In this document: piece by piece, positions 11,230-23,697 of the stretch
Layout: each line of letters begins with the position of its first letter
Position numbering within the stretch: the stretch's first letter is position 1
NCBI GenBank assembly: GCA_036172245.1
Contig: JAYWIR010000001.1
Span: 3,906,001 to 3,970,000 of the forward strand
Origin: Raillietiella orientalis
Lineage: Eukaryota
DNA: 64,000 nt
Direction: 5' to 3'
Translations under genes and position numbers: made by a program
Notes under the pieces: generated by a model
What the model was told of the DNA's origin: nothing
The model's input: only the letters and a program-made list of their open reading frames with translations
Database searches by the model: none

Positions 11230-13300
11230 TAAGGCTTTGGAGCTACTCCGCGATTTTCATCGTGGCTTGACAATTCACAGACTCGATGATTCAGTTCCGC
11301 TGAAGGACTCGGTCCGAGGATTGGATGAGGTCCGAGGCCCATATTCATCCGGGTGCAGCACCGGTAGCTGTTGAAACCAGGTACCTCCGATGAGTAGCCG
11401 GAATTGGGAGTCGACCTTCAGGTCCTTCCAGGGATAAAGGAGCCGGTTCATTTCAGAGTCCCCTTCCGGTTGTGCAAAGGAGTGGACCCTTCGGGGGAGA
11501 CTCTTCGTCTCGTAACATGCAGCTGGTGGTTTGATGATACCTCTCCAGAGTGCAAAGAAGCGTACCGCTTCCTTCAAAGTCCTCTTCAGAGGGAGAAACC
11601 AGGAGCAGTTCCCTTTCGGGGTCCCTCCGGAGAAGAAAAAACAGAGCGGACCCCACCGGGGTACCTCCGGAGAGGATAAGGAAGGAGATTCCCTTCGAGT
11701 TCCCTTCAGAGACAGCTAGGATGGAGGATTCCCTCCGGTGATCCCTCCCATGCGTGAAAAGAACGAAATTCCCTTCCTGTATTCATAGGGTAGTCTCCTC
11801 TCGGGGTACACTCCATCTTGAAGAATCACACACACCCTCGGGTGGCGTGGAACAGCTGAAAAAGAGCTCTGTGGGCCGCCAGGCGCGAGACGATTCTTGA
11901 GGTACTTGGCGAACCAGAAAAAAAAGAAAATCCGACGTCCGCAGGTTGATCGAATTCAAAGCTGAAGCCAAGCACTAGGTCTGGCAGTCTGGAACAGATT
12001 AGCAGCATCAGTTCGAAAGATCTCGTGTCGGTTCAGCGGTTCGGCAGAGGATCGTTGAGGAATCGACTGAGTGGACCTAAGCATCCATCATCCGTTTGGC
12101 CGCAGTGCTGTCTGGGAAAGCAACGGCAGTTGTCAGCCGGCAAGGTGGCAGTGGGTCCTCCTGCACGATCGAAGGAGTAGAAAAACTCCTGGATGGATGT
12201 CCCTCCAAAGAGCTCGCCAACGCGGCTAAGCCCTAAACCCTGGAGAAGGGACAGCGTCGGTGAGCAGAAACTTGGGGTGTGCTCCCAGCAGAACTGTTTG
12301 TCCGTCCCGTATGCTTGAAGGTATTTCGTCCGTTGTTGCAGTCGCGACGTTATGTAGTATCCGCAACATTCTAAAAGCCCACTGCTTGCTTGAGCCGCAC
12401 CAAAGGCCAAGGGCAGTCACTTGCATCGCTACCTCCTTCATGAGGAAGGCTATGAGGTGACTCCATTTGAAAAACGAAGTCAGCAAGGAGATCGCCTGCG
12501 TCTTTCAAAGGCTATGGGAGGGAGGCAGTAAGCTCTGCGTTCCCTTCTTGCTGACAACCAACTATTTGAGTACTTCTTCCCCATACCCCACGATTTCTAT
12601 AAAGAATCCCGGTAGCTATCCTTCAAGTCGAAAATGCTCCGAACTGAAGTTCTTCTGGTGTCCTTTCTTCCTTTTGGATCCACAAGGAACGTTGTTCCCT
12701 GCCTTGTTGTGATTTCATTTTTCCCAAATAAATTTCAGGGCGTGACCGGCTGAAAAACCGTCCGAAGGCAGCCGGATCATAGTTCTGTCGCGAAGAAGTC
12801 GCGGCATTCCGATGCGCTTAAAACATCTTCCAATGAGACAGATAGTGGATCCAATCCGACTGTCCCTCAAGGAGAGGTCTCCCTGGCATGACCATAGAGT
12901 TTTTGTGGAGTCGCATGCCTTCTCCTCGACAGATCAAAGGCAGTGGGAGCAGGAGGTTGTCGGAGAAAGCTCGCTGTCATGGCGGACGCTCAGGAGGGGT
13001 GCGAGCGCGCCAGGGGCTGCCAGAATTTTCCGATATGCACTCGGCACCAACGGGGGGCAGAGGCCGAACAGTATGAGACTCAGACTGTCCCCTTGTCCGA
13101 TGGTTCCTTCGGGTTGGCGTGTCGTACACGTGGCGACAGTCGAGTCGGACGTTTGCCAGCGCAGATACGGTAGCAAAGTGGGGGCGTAGCTCCAGGAGCT
13201 CCTGGCTGCGTGTATGCGGTCTAACGCTTTAGGCAGATCAACTACGCTCTCAAGGACACCTCATGGGTTCTACAAGAATTCACATTCAGAATAGACATGT
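11230..13300 (-). mobile_element. DIRS-like retrotransposon remnants (RT, RNase H, MT)
   Basis: RT-like 'KDLKVDSQFRLLIGGTWFQQLPVL' (~11400), RNase H-like 'SASAPRW' and 'FSDNLL' (~12960-13070), MT-like 'SDW...DFFAT' (~12800-12860). Probably more than one insertion. Confidence 0.45.
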
Positions 13301-13991
13301 AAACAGCATCCAGGTAAATCCGTATGCGCATCAAGTGCCGCTTTTTTAGAACTCAGCTTGAATAAATCATCGAGCGTTGGTTATTTTATCGGTTGCTGTT
13401 TGCAGACTTCATGCTTTCCTGCATTTTCTTGCAGATCGATGTGCTGCGAGAAAGCATAATTTGCGTGCGAGCATCAGCACAGTCAGATCACATTGCTCTG
13501 AAGCGTGCTCTTTTGTATGTCTCCAGTCTTCCACTTGGAAGCCGCCGCCATGTGCTCCTGTTTGTGTGAAGCAACGTGCGAGTCAATGGACTTTGATTAC
13601 GCGCGCTGTCATGGATTGCTGCGAGTGCGGTACGCAACGATGCGGAGTGAAAGAGTTTGGACTGCCTGGAAATGTGCAACTTGAGTGCTGTGCTGCTTGT
13701 ACCAGGAATTTTGTCCGGGATGCGGACATGGAGCCACCAAAGCAACGGTTCTCGGTCCACATGGTGGTTTATGTGTCCACCAGGGGTGGACTGTCGATGC
13801 CCGGTTGAAAAGAGGCAGAGCAACGTTCTGACAGGCAAACTTGCTTGGCGTGACAACTGTATTGCATTCCGTGATGGCAAGACAAATGATAGGCAGTTTC
13901 CAGTTCCGCCATTTCGTTTGGTACATGCATACTTGGCTGGGTAGGAGTCAGCTGGGGCTGTAGCACCATCCGAAAATGCATTAGTGAGAAT

Positions 13992-16900
13992 TCAGAGAAA
14001 ATGCCTTTGTTTAAGGGCTGAGATTTTGCTTCTCAAAGCATCAATTTTTTCCTGCTGCTGTTGTCTCACTAGAGTCAGGTGGTCCATTTCTTCCTTGCTC
14101 ACCGGATCTTCTAAGCGGATGTTTTCACCCTGCAATGTTTCCATCAGCCCCGTGTGCACGAATGAGGAAAATCACCAGCACTCACAACTTCTCCGTGAGC
14201 AGCGTATAGGATGTTTTCTAGTCTGAGTTTTTCCTCACTCAGGTGGTTCAGCACATCTATTCTGTGAGTTTGTTCAATGATGAGATCGTGAATAGTCTTC
14301 CTCAAATTGTCGTTCCTTTCCTGGGCCAAGAGTCGTTACGGACGCGGATGTCCAGAACTGGGGGTTTCACGAACCTTCCACGTGTTTTTCTCGTTCATGT
14401 ACTCCTTGAGTTGCTTCGTAATATTCACCCTGAGTTCCTCCTGAGGGCGTTTAAGTAAGATGCTGTCAAGAGCTTCCAGGTCAATGTCGCGACCGAATTT
14501 GGCTGTTGCCTCTGCAGAACATGTCGTGTTTAACTCCTGAATCCGCGAAACCAGTTGATCGCACTCTTCTTTCAGACGTATGTACAGTATCTGATTGTCC
14601 CTGTTCCAACTGCTGTTTATCTCGCGCAGCAGCAAAGATATGAACGTACCGTTGCCATTTTCTTTGGGCCGCTTTCTCCACTTTCAGTTCTTCAATCCGC
14701 TGCTCCAGTTTTTTTAGTTTATCCCTTTCGAAAACGAGACTGCTCGACAGATCATCGGGTAGGGAATCCGAATGCAAGAATTCCAGCTGCGACAACTTCA
14801 GCTGCACTGCTATCTCAAGCTGGTTGAGCTGCTGCTGCCTGTTCAACTAAAGGACGAGAGGTAATCTTATTAATCACTGGCTTTAATTAACTTGGAAATC
14901 CCGAAGGCTGCTTTGAGACTTCTTCAGCTGATCTTCTAAGGTCTTCATGGTATCCTCAGCCGTCTCTAATTTCTTTTGCGTCGCTTCTAGACAATGACTC
15001 TCTTCTATAATAGCATTTTCAACCTCGTATCTAATTGCTTTTGAGTTTTGGTGCCGCAAGAGTTGTTTCTCACCGCCTCTCTCTGAGGAGCACAACTGCA
15101 TCGAACGTGGCTCTGTCGATGTCTGGTGGCGGTCTGTTCTCATCGTAGTCTATGTTCGCAAAGCCTTCCTCTCCACTCAGGCTTTCAGTACTAATGCTAG
15201 TTTGACTAGTAGTGGTGGTCACATCCGTCATGCTGCTACTCTCATCCCCACTGTTGTCAGAATCTGCGAGAAGATCGGGGAGAAAGCTTTCTGTATCAAG
15301 TACCTTCATCTTGTTTGCTGGTGACTTTCTTCCTTCTGAAAACCCTCCTCAGAAATTTTGCATGCTTGTTCGTTGCCAACGTCTGACAAGTGGTCAGAAT
15401 AGATGCCTCCAGGTCTTTCATTTTTTCCAGTGCACGTTTCTTCTCCTCGACGCATGAACTCAGCTCATCTATCTGAAGTAAACAAAATCTTGGCCTAAAT
15501 CGGTTGGCAGGTCATGCAGAAGCTCAGCAGTTCCGGTTCGCTTATTGCACAGGCAAGAATTTGGTTTTTCATGTGCTCCTCTGATGCGCGCTGGAGCAGC
15601 GGAAGGCAACACAATCATGTCATCTGTGTTCCATCCCGATACTACAGAAGATTTTTTTTGCCTTTGTTTTGCACCTCAGCATGCCAACGTCTCCCCAAAG
15701 TATTTAAGAATGCACAACTTTCCAATAAGGTGAAGATGTTCGAAGAAACACCGCTGAAGTGTTTCGTTTTCTTTCCAAAACGTAGTGAGCCATGCGTCAG
15801 AGACACCACCTCTGTTCTTAACTGCCCGAACCGAGTGGCTCCATGATGCTGCGCTCAATACGGAAGCCTGTTGTCCGGGCAAACGAAATTTTACATTTGT
15901 CATTAGCGACAATGCTGCGTCCATAACTATGCTCCCTTTGAAGATAACATTCGAAAATAGCGGCGGGAAATGTAAATAATGTTACATCATGCACCCATCC
16001 ATAAAGTCCAGTGATTGCAAGAGTAAGGAAATAAACATTGTGGGAGATCGTGAGAATTCCACTCTATGCTGTGCATTGTTTTGTGAGGTATGCAGATACT
16101 CATCAATTGGTCCACGCGGAACGTCAAAGATTCGGTTCGATTGGATTCTGGTTTCCCGAAGGTGGGAACGCCCTCTCTGGGAAGTGCTGCGCAGTGCGGT
16201 TTCCAAGTAGTCATGACAAAGGGATACTGGCAACGAGCCAAAGATGTTCCTGAGGTGTTGGTCTCTGCGAGGTGAGAAGATGCTCTCAGAAGGAATGGAG
16301 TGGCAGAGTGAAGGGCTACAGACAGAGTTTGGAATTCTGTTTGAAAGCGCTCGGTGAATGGAATTTTGAAATCCTGAATTTTCGGATCATTTCGGGGGAC
16401 TTCGCGCAAAGGGACATTCCGACCATGAACGATAGCCTGCAGTGACAAAGAGAGCTCCAAGGTTTGGAAATTCCCTTTCCGGGATCGGAACGAAATTATT
16501 GGTTATGCATTCTTCCTTCTCTGAGAAAGTCGTATCTCTTTTCATTCGGAGAAAGCCTTTGCCGACTGAAATTTTCGAGGTACGTGCGGTCCAGGAATGT
16601 GGTGGACTCCTGCACGGGAGACTCTCGTCCACACGGTGCGTTGTGGTTGAGAAATTCAGTACAGATCACATCTCATATTAGGTGGCTGTAATTATTCTCA
16701 CACGCATAAAATAGTGAGCACGAGAGTTACTGCGCCCCAGTAAAACCAGGTAGGTTTTCAGGGATTGTCACAACTGCTCTTTTCCCATGGTTTTGAAAGC
16801 AAAACGGTTTATTTGGTGAATGATCGCTTGCTAGCGGAGTGGAAGAGAGGGAGAAAATGATTTCGAGTTACGATATTTCTGTTTTCGAGCTGTTTTGCGC

Positions 16901-19900
16901 TATAATGGAATCAGAATTACCTCCTCTTTCAGATTTTTCGTTTCAAAAATTTTGTTTCCTACATCTCTTTCTAGTTCGAGCTCTGTAGCTTCATTCTGTA
17001 TTAGGAGATTTACTTCTTGTATGAGGAAAAGTTTAGTAAGTTCAGCGGTTTTGATCTTTTCCTCTACAGAGATGCGCTTTTCTTGCACCTGAGTTATTCT
17101 GCGGTCGAAGTCGGTCCGTATCTTCTCCAGTTGATTGCAAAGCTGCTCGGCTTTGAACTTGGTGCTAACCAATACAAAAGTTGCGGCAAAATAAAATGAC
17201 CCTTACATTTCTGAATTCATCAAAGCCAGTTTGGAGGATAACTTCGAATGTACCATATTTAAAGATGGTTTCGAGGTTTGCATTTTTGTGGGAAGCTGGG
17301 ACATTTTTCTTATAGAACTTCGAGGAGCAATAGACAGGCGTGTCAATCTTCTGGCTCTGTCAGCGTCAGCCATGACCTGATTTGTATTCAGAGACAGATC
17401 ACGGAACCAAAACAGTACAAATACGGTACCTTATCGGGCACTGTGTTTATCATATTCAGCAATTCATCTTGAGTGAATGGCCTTATCTAAAACAGTTGCA
17501 AGTTTTTGGAGCTAGTGTTGAATGTTGTTACCTCAAAAGGCGCGTTGAATGTGCTCAATTCCAAATCCATATCAGGAATCCAAGGAGCCTGCCATCCGGA
17601 AGTCTCCTCGCTCGTCTTTATCAGCTGCTTATACTCATCGACAATCTTCTTCATCTTTTTCCAATGTTCATGCTTTTCATTTTGCAAACTCAGAAGACCA
17701 GCGTTAAACTCTACCTTCTGCTGATATATCTGCAGGGAAAGATCAGAATTCGCTTATAATAAAAACAAGAGGCGACTCTGTACAAAGTCATCCAGTAACA
17801 AAATGTCCAGTTGCTTCATGGGAATAACTTCAACTTTCGTGATGGAGTCAACTTTTAGTTTGTAATCACCAATGGTTCGTTCTGCTTCTATAATTGCAGC
17901 CACATCTGCAGGATCATCTTTGTCCAAGCGGGGTTTCTCAGACAGCAGCGCTTGCCACTGAACTGGTGCCATCCAGCTGGGGAGGTTAAAAAGGGAAAAG
18001 CTTACTTCTTTGCGCCTCTGTTCTCTTCTCCTCTGCTTTTCCGAAATTCGAAACCACTGGTTCCGACTCTCTGGCGGAAGCAGAGAGAACGTTTCTTCTT
18101 GACTCAGAATCGGGTCCTTATCGGTATTATCTTCAAAGAGGTGGCTCCCTTCTTCGTGGTGTGAGTTTTCTGCTCTATCATACACCTCCATTCTATAACG
18201 GATTTGAAATATATTGAGCGTTGCTTCAATCCTACAGCTCTGGTATTCCTCCTGCCCTCTCAGATTCTTGAATTTCCTTTTTCAGTAAGTTGATTTTTTC
18301 ATCAAGATGCACAGGCTTTTTCCTGACTCTGTATGCATGTACTTTTAAAAGACAGGGGCTCCTGGGATATACTCGTCAGGAAGAAAGCACTATTTCTTGA
18401 ACTCCGACCTCAGATCTGTTACTTTGAAACCACAGCATTCCATAGAATCCACATAAAATTCCTTCAGTTTCTGATACTCTGATTTAAGCCTTTCATGCTG
18501 GTCCAGCAACTGCTCCATAGAAGAAGAAACTTCTAATTCTATACGATGTCGAAGATCAGCACGAATGCGTTCGTCCACGGAAAAATCCGAGCGGGTGATT
18601 GCTACACGAGGAGGCAACCCTTCGTTCCTGGAAACTCAATGTGCTGACTCCCTCAAAGCATACGGCATTACTTCGCCATGATGTCAAGGAATGAACGCCT
18701 CAAGTCACTCATCTCCTTCCTAACTTCGCTCTTGTATTTCTCGGCATCTTTGAGCAAGTGTTCCCTCTCCGCTTTCTGTTTCGTTTCCTCAATTGTCAGG
18801 CAGTTCTCATCCTCAATGTCTATGGCTTCTTCGACGATGTTCGTGAGATTCTAACCGTCACATTCAACACCTTCCTACGAACATTCTTCATAATTACGCA
18901 AGGGGCAAAGTTATCCAAGGATGGCGGAAGTTCCGTCGCGGGTATTCGCTTTTTCTCAGGAAGAAAACTGAACGCAAAAAGTCCACCATCGGATCCAGAA
19001 GTGAACAAATATTTTTCATCTTTGCTTAAGGTAATGTTGAGAACAGCTCCGTGTGTGCAGCTGTGGATCGCCCAAGTCCAGTGATCCGTGATTTCCCAAG
19101 GACTGCTTGGTTCTGACGTGAAGATTCGAATTCGTCCATCAGCAAACCCGAAGAATTTGTATTTGGTCAGCCTGTAAGAGAGAACAAAGGAAGGGGCATC
19201 GATGTCAATAACAAAATCACACAACTGAGAAACTACTGCAGTAAATTTCAGGAAAGGAAACAAATGATCTGTATCTACAGTATTCGAAAACAAAGCATGG
19301 TGCATTTAGTTTAGTCTCTTCGGTTACACTACGCATGTGTGTCCATGTGATCAAAACTATACTGAAGGTTCATTTTGAAAGTCAGTTATTTGATAGAAAT
19401 GATTGAATTTTAAACTCTGATCATTCCATTATTCTTTTTAAATTTAATTCCATGTCTCTGTGTGGATTCTGTGGAACAACTTTGCATTTAGAAGGATGGA
19501 AATACCACGTACATAATGAAGAATGAAAGTTAAACTCCATTTTTAGATCACATGAAAAATATATATATATATATATACAAACACGATCTGATGAGCAGGA
19601 CTTGCACCCCTGGGGAACAGCTCGGAACTGCGAGCAGCCGACCGCGGCTCCCTCGAAAGAGTTCCGCAAAAGCGACCCCGCGGTCTCACGCCCGGGCCGA
19701 CGCATGCGCCGAACGCGAAACTCCTCAGCAGGGTCCGTCCGCTCAAGAGGGGCGGGTGGACCGCGGGAGCCTCCCTTCCCGGAGAAACGCGCGCCTCCTC
19801 TGCCCGCCGAGGGCCACGCCTGCGAGGGCCGCGGCACGGCCGGACGGCCGGCCGCGGGCACCGCCCGTTCCACCGAGGTGCGTCCTCGCGCAGCCAGCGC

Positions 19901-22900
19901 GCATCCCTCCAGGGTGCGCGTCGAAGGCATTTGGCCAGTCCGAATCGCCTCGAGCGGTGTCCTCCCGGAGAAGAGCGCGAACACCCTTCGCGCGGAGAGT
20001 GCGCGCGAGCAGGGGCGGCGGGAGTGTCTCCGGGGAACGCACGAGCTGCTGCTGCGCAGCGCCGGCATCCGCGGGAAACCCGGCGCGCGCGAGCGCCTCA
20101 CCTGCTCCGGCAGAAGGCGGTCACGGGAGCGTCATCCGTCCCCTCGATGGCGTGCGCCTCGATCGGGACGCTCCTGTCGAAGCGGCACACGTAGGCGCAG
20201 CCCGCGTCGCGCCCAGACAGAAACGTCACGAACGTGTCCTTGTCGTTCTGCGGCACGTGCAAGTTGCAGGTCGTTACGGGAGGAGGAGGGGACGAACCTT
20301 CAGGTAGTAGCCGCGGAGAACGGAGCTGGCCGGACTGCTGCTCCCTTGTTCCGGCCCCGACGGCTGCTGCTGCCGCCGCCCCTCTTTTCAACGAATCGAA
20401 AAAACAAAAACAAAAACCAAGGCTACACCTCGAGCGACGGGATCGGAGGTGGGGCGTATTTTACCCGGGTCTCCTTCGAATCCGGCTTCGACCTGCTCGC
20501 TTCCCGCAAGCGTGGCAGCGTGGGCTGGTTGCCGTCCGTCTCTGCACTCCTCCTCTGCTGAAGCTTCCTGCAGGTGCCGAGGCGAGGAGAACTTCCAGGA
20601 GCGGGAGGGGCGGTCGTCGTCGAAGCGGTAGGAGGCAGCCTGGGGACTGCTTTCCAAAGGCGGGACGGGGAATTCCAGCACGATCCCCAGATCGCAGCAG
20701 GCCAGAAAGGACCTCTGCAGGCGGTACGCGGGAACGTGGGATCAGCGCCCGTTTCCCGCCGCACCTGCAGCGTGCGCTCCCAGTCCAGGAAGTTGATGGG
20801 CAGGCAGGCGTCGAAGAAACCGACGGGCGACAGGACGGGGACGCGGGCGCCCGCTCGCATGCCCACCAGGAACACGAAGGCGGTGCCGTCCCTGCTCCCG
20901 CTGACCAGGATGCGGTCCGAGTGCCGGTAGAGGAGGCACGAGACGTCCCGCTTGTGGGGCTTCACGGCCTGGAGGAGGCTGACGCGGAACGCTGCATCGC
21001 GGTGCACCGCCACCAGGCGCACGACGCCGTCGAGGAAGCCGGCCGCGGACAACTCCAGACTGCCGTTCGCTTCCTGCTCGGGCTGGGGAATGAGGCTGGT
21101 GAGCTGCATTGCCGTGCCCGCTCACCTGAGAGTGTAGGGACACCAAGCTGGTCACACCGGTGGAAAATCGCCTCTCGCACAGCAGCTGTCTGCTTTCGTA
21201 GTTGTAAAGACGCAAGGAGCCGTCGGCTGCTCCGCTCATCAGCAGGGGGAAAACGTCCGACGCGAGGAGGCAGTTGATGCTCCCTGACTGGGCGTGCAGC
21301 AACTTTCGCGGCTTTTCGGCCATGGTGGAGAACGACAGGTCAGCCAACCAGATGCCGGCGGGCGCATCCTGGTCGCATTCACGCTAGGCAGTTTGGCAAT
21401 CGCAAAGAGCTGGTTGCAACCTGCAGGTACCACATTCCTTCCTCTTGTCTTGAGGGCACTGCCCAGCGCAGCGAGGAGAAGTTGGAGATCTTCGTCTCGT
21501 TTATGGGTTCCACCTGCACTCGTTTCGAGTCCTCCGGAGGTTCCATCGCGTTGACGGCTTCCAGGTCCCATACTCGCACCCATCCGTCGTAACCTAAACG
21601 AAGAAAGGAAGGGGAAGCAGGGATTTGTGAGTCTCCCGGAGTACCCAAGGATAGCAGAGACCCTTCTTCCAGGATGAACTGGCCCACTGGTCCGGAGTGG
21701 CAGGGCTTGTTATTATTCCTTGATAGCTCCACGTAAATGGAACCATCTTCCCAAAATAAAAAATTCCCCCATTCGCTGTCGGTCACCACCTTTCCAAAAG
21801 GAGGAGGTGCGCGGCGTTACTATGGCCAACCGTACTTGCCCATTCGGCAGTTCCAAGTGAGAGCGAATATCAGAGACGGCAGTTTTGCCGAAGCTTCCCA
21901 ATCGACCTCTGAGCTTAAGGCCCGTGAACGTGCGAGCCACTTCCCAGAAGGCAACGTGCCCACACCCTAAAATACACGCAGGGTGATTCTCCGGAAGCAG
22001 TGGAGCCGCCCAAGCCACAACCAAATCATGGTTATGCTTGCGAATCGGGTGGTCTGCTTACCGCTCGTGATCAGCTGTCCTTCCAAGAAATGAGAAAAAC
22101 TGGCTTTGAGCACTCTCGAGGAGAAATTGGATGCTTGAAGTAGTTTTGCTTGTTGACGCCAGTCCCATAGCGTGAGGCTGCAATCAGGAGCGCCTCCTTG
22201 GCTGCACAACCACCTTCCTGTCAAGCTGAGTAAAATCAGTGCTGACTTCTTCATCTGGTGCTTACTCGAATGCGACCGACGAGTAGGCCACCTCTGTGCC
22301 CTCGCGCAAAATCTTTGTTGGCTCCAGCGATGGCCATTCGTAAAAAATGATGGGAGGAAATTTATTCTGGGGAGTTCCTCTTTCCGCTACCACCAACAAG
22401 GATTCATGCGGGTGAACCTTTCGGGTTACATTAGAAAGAAACAACCATGACAAGCAAAGGAGGTGGAGAGATTCCGGAACTCGATCTCATGCTCACAGCA
22501 CGTGCACCTGGAACGGAAAACAAGCTGGTTCTCACAGAAATGGCGCCGATTCCTCCTCCGTGAGATGTTCGTAAGTACTCGGCTGAATGCAGCTTTATGT
22601 TGAGGAAGTGCAGCCAGTTGCCTACCCCGTAAACGAGAGTTTCTCGATCGATTAAGCAAATGTTGCAGACGTTCGTGCTGTCGTAGCCATATGAATACCT
22701 GGAAGATATGCAGGAGCTACAGTTTGAAACGGACGGACTGAAGATTTACTCCCAAAAGAAGCCGTCGAATTTCCTAATGAAGCGGCCTTGAGTCATTCTA
22801 CCTATTGGAAACCTGCGATAAATCGTACGAAGGAGTTTCGAGCGGACATTTTAGCATAGAAACGACGGAGGACAAAACCAGACGGGTCGTAGCCAGTGAG

Positions 22901-23641
22901 ATTGGTGAGATCATCCGACAAGCCGTCAGGAAAGAAGGTTCGGTGCATGGTTTTTTTTTCCTGGGTGGTGTTTGGAATAGGATTCGCAAGCCCACCAGCT
23001 TGCGCGAATGTGTCTACAAGAAACAAAGTGTCAGGAAGGCTTGCTGTTACTCCTTGCATACATAGGAAGAGCAGTTGGTGTTTAAATGTACGGACGTGTA
23101 CATGGAAGGCCAGAAGACCGGATGGCAAACAGCACTATCACTTTGTGGCAAGACACAAGAGCAGCAACTTGCGACAAGACAAATGAATGCTTGCAAGTTC
23201 CCTCCTTTAATGTGCCTTATTACATAATTCGGACAAATGTTCAGCATCAATGATCGGGATTGGTCAGAAAATCATTTATAACTAGCAGCGTGATTCATCA
23301 TGGATATTATTAATATGTGTTTTCGAATTTGAATTTCTGGATATTTATTTTCGGTTCAAGAAACATTTGCGTGATCCTTTTTTTTTTTTTTTTCTTTTCG
23401 AATTTCAATACTTTTGTGCTGAGGGACACTCTTATTTTGAAATTTAGGAAAACTGCACTTACTGCATTTGGACAATATCAGTCGGTATATTGCTGTTTGC
23501 TGCCCTGAGGGGTTTGGATTTGTAGTCCTCGGGATCATAGCGCTCGCTGTTGGTCACAAGTGCCAACAAGTCTTCTACTAATTCCAAAACCGTGGAGCTA
23601 TCATCGTCAGAGTGACCAGTCCCTGTGTGGCTACTACTCAT
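13992..23641 (-). CDS. CFAP44: Cilia- and flagella-associated protein 44 (WDR52), multi-exon
   Basis: Exon 1 23641-23463 '...SKPLRAANSNIPTDIV'; exon 2 from 22698 'YSYGYD...LRTSHGGGIGAI'; WD40 exons ('SQGGAPDCSLTLWDW', 'TFTGLKLRGRLG', 'SEWGNFLFWE'); 'DIEDENCLTIE', 'TRSDFSVDERIR', 'IGDYKLK'; C-terminal coiled coils. Exact 3' end uncertain. Confidence 0.95.
15480..16850 (-). other. Endogenous viral element G: Mononegavirales-like L fragment (late RdRp and capping domain) inside a CFAP44 intron
   Basis: In order on minus: 'REFPNL' (cf. RxFPDP), 'LHSATPFLLRASSHLAET', 'LRSTSQ/EGVPT' (cf. LR..SW..GVT), 'PRGPIDEYL' (cf. RGP..YLGS.T), 'GSIV..DAAL', 'KENETLQ'. Confidence 0.55.
19594..21128 (-). repeat. 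Inverted duplicate arm 2 (within the functional CFAP44 gene)
   Basis: Near-identical reverse complement of 2218-3752; ends close to an (AT)n run at ~19560-19577. Confidence 0.97.
22750..22948 (-). CDS. CFAP44: Candidate alternative CFAP44 first exons (22948-22867 and 22801-22750)
   Basis: ATG at 22948; splicing gives 'MHRTFF...TGYDPSGFVLRRMTQGRFIRKFDGFFWE' in frame with exon 2 through a 51-nt GT..CAG intron (22749-22699). The first donor is weak (GTCGTT or GTTTCT). Confidence 0.5.
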
Positions 23642-23684
23642 GATGTTTCTTGTATTAGCACGAACATTTTGCAGAGCGGCTTTG

Positions 23685-23697
23685 GTGACCGAGCGAC
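23685..23697. promoter_or_regulatory. X-box-like RFX site upstream of CFAP44
   Basis: GTGACC-G-AGCGAC, one mismatch to GTNRCC(N0-3)RGYAAC, ~44 nt upstream of the ATG of a ciliary gene. Confidence 0.4.

Noticed and set aside
11590-11780. Degenerate ttcccttc/ccctccgg repeats
   Set aside because: Irregular low-complexity tract within a TE remnant; no constant repeat-spacer structure, so not CRISPR-like.
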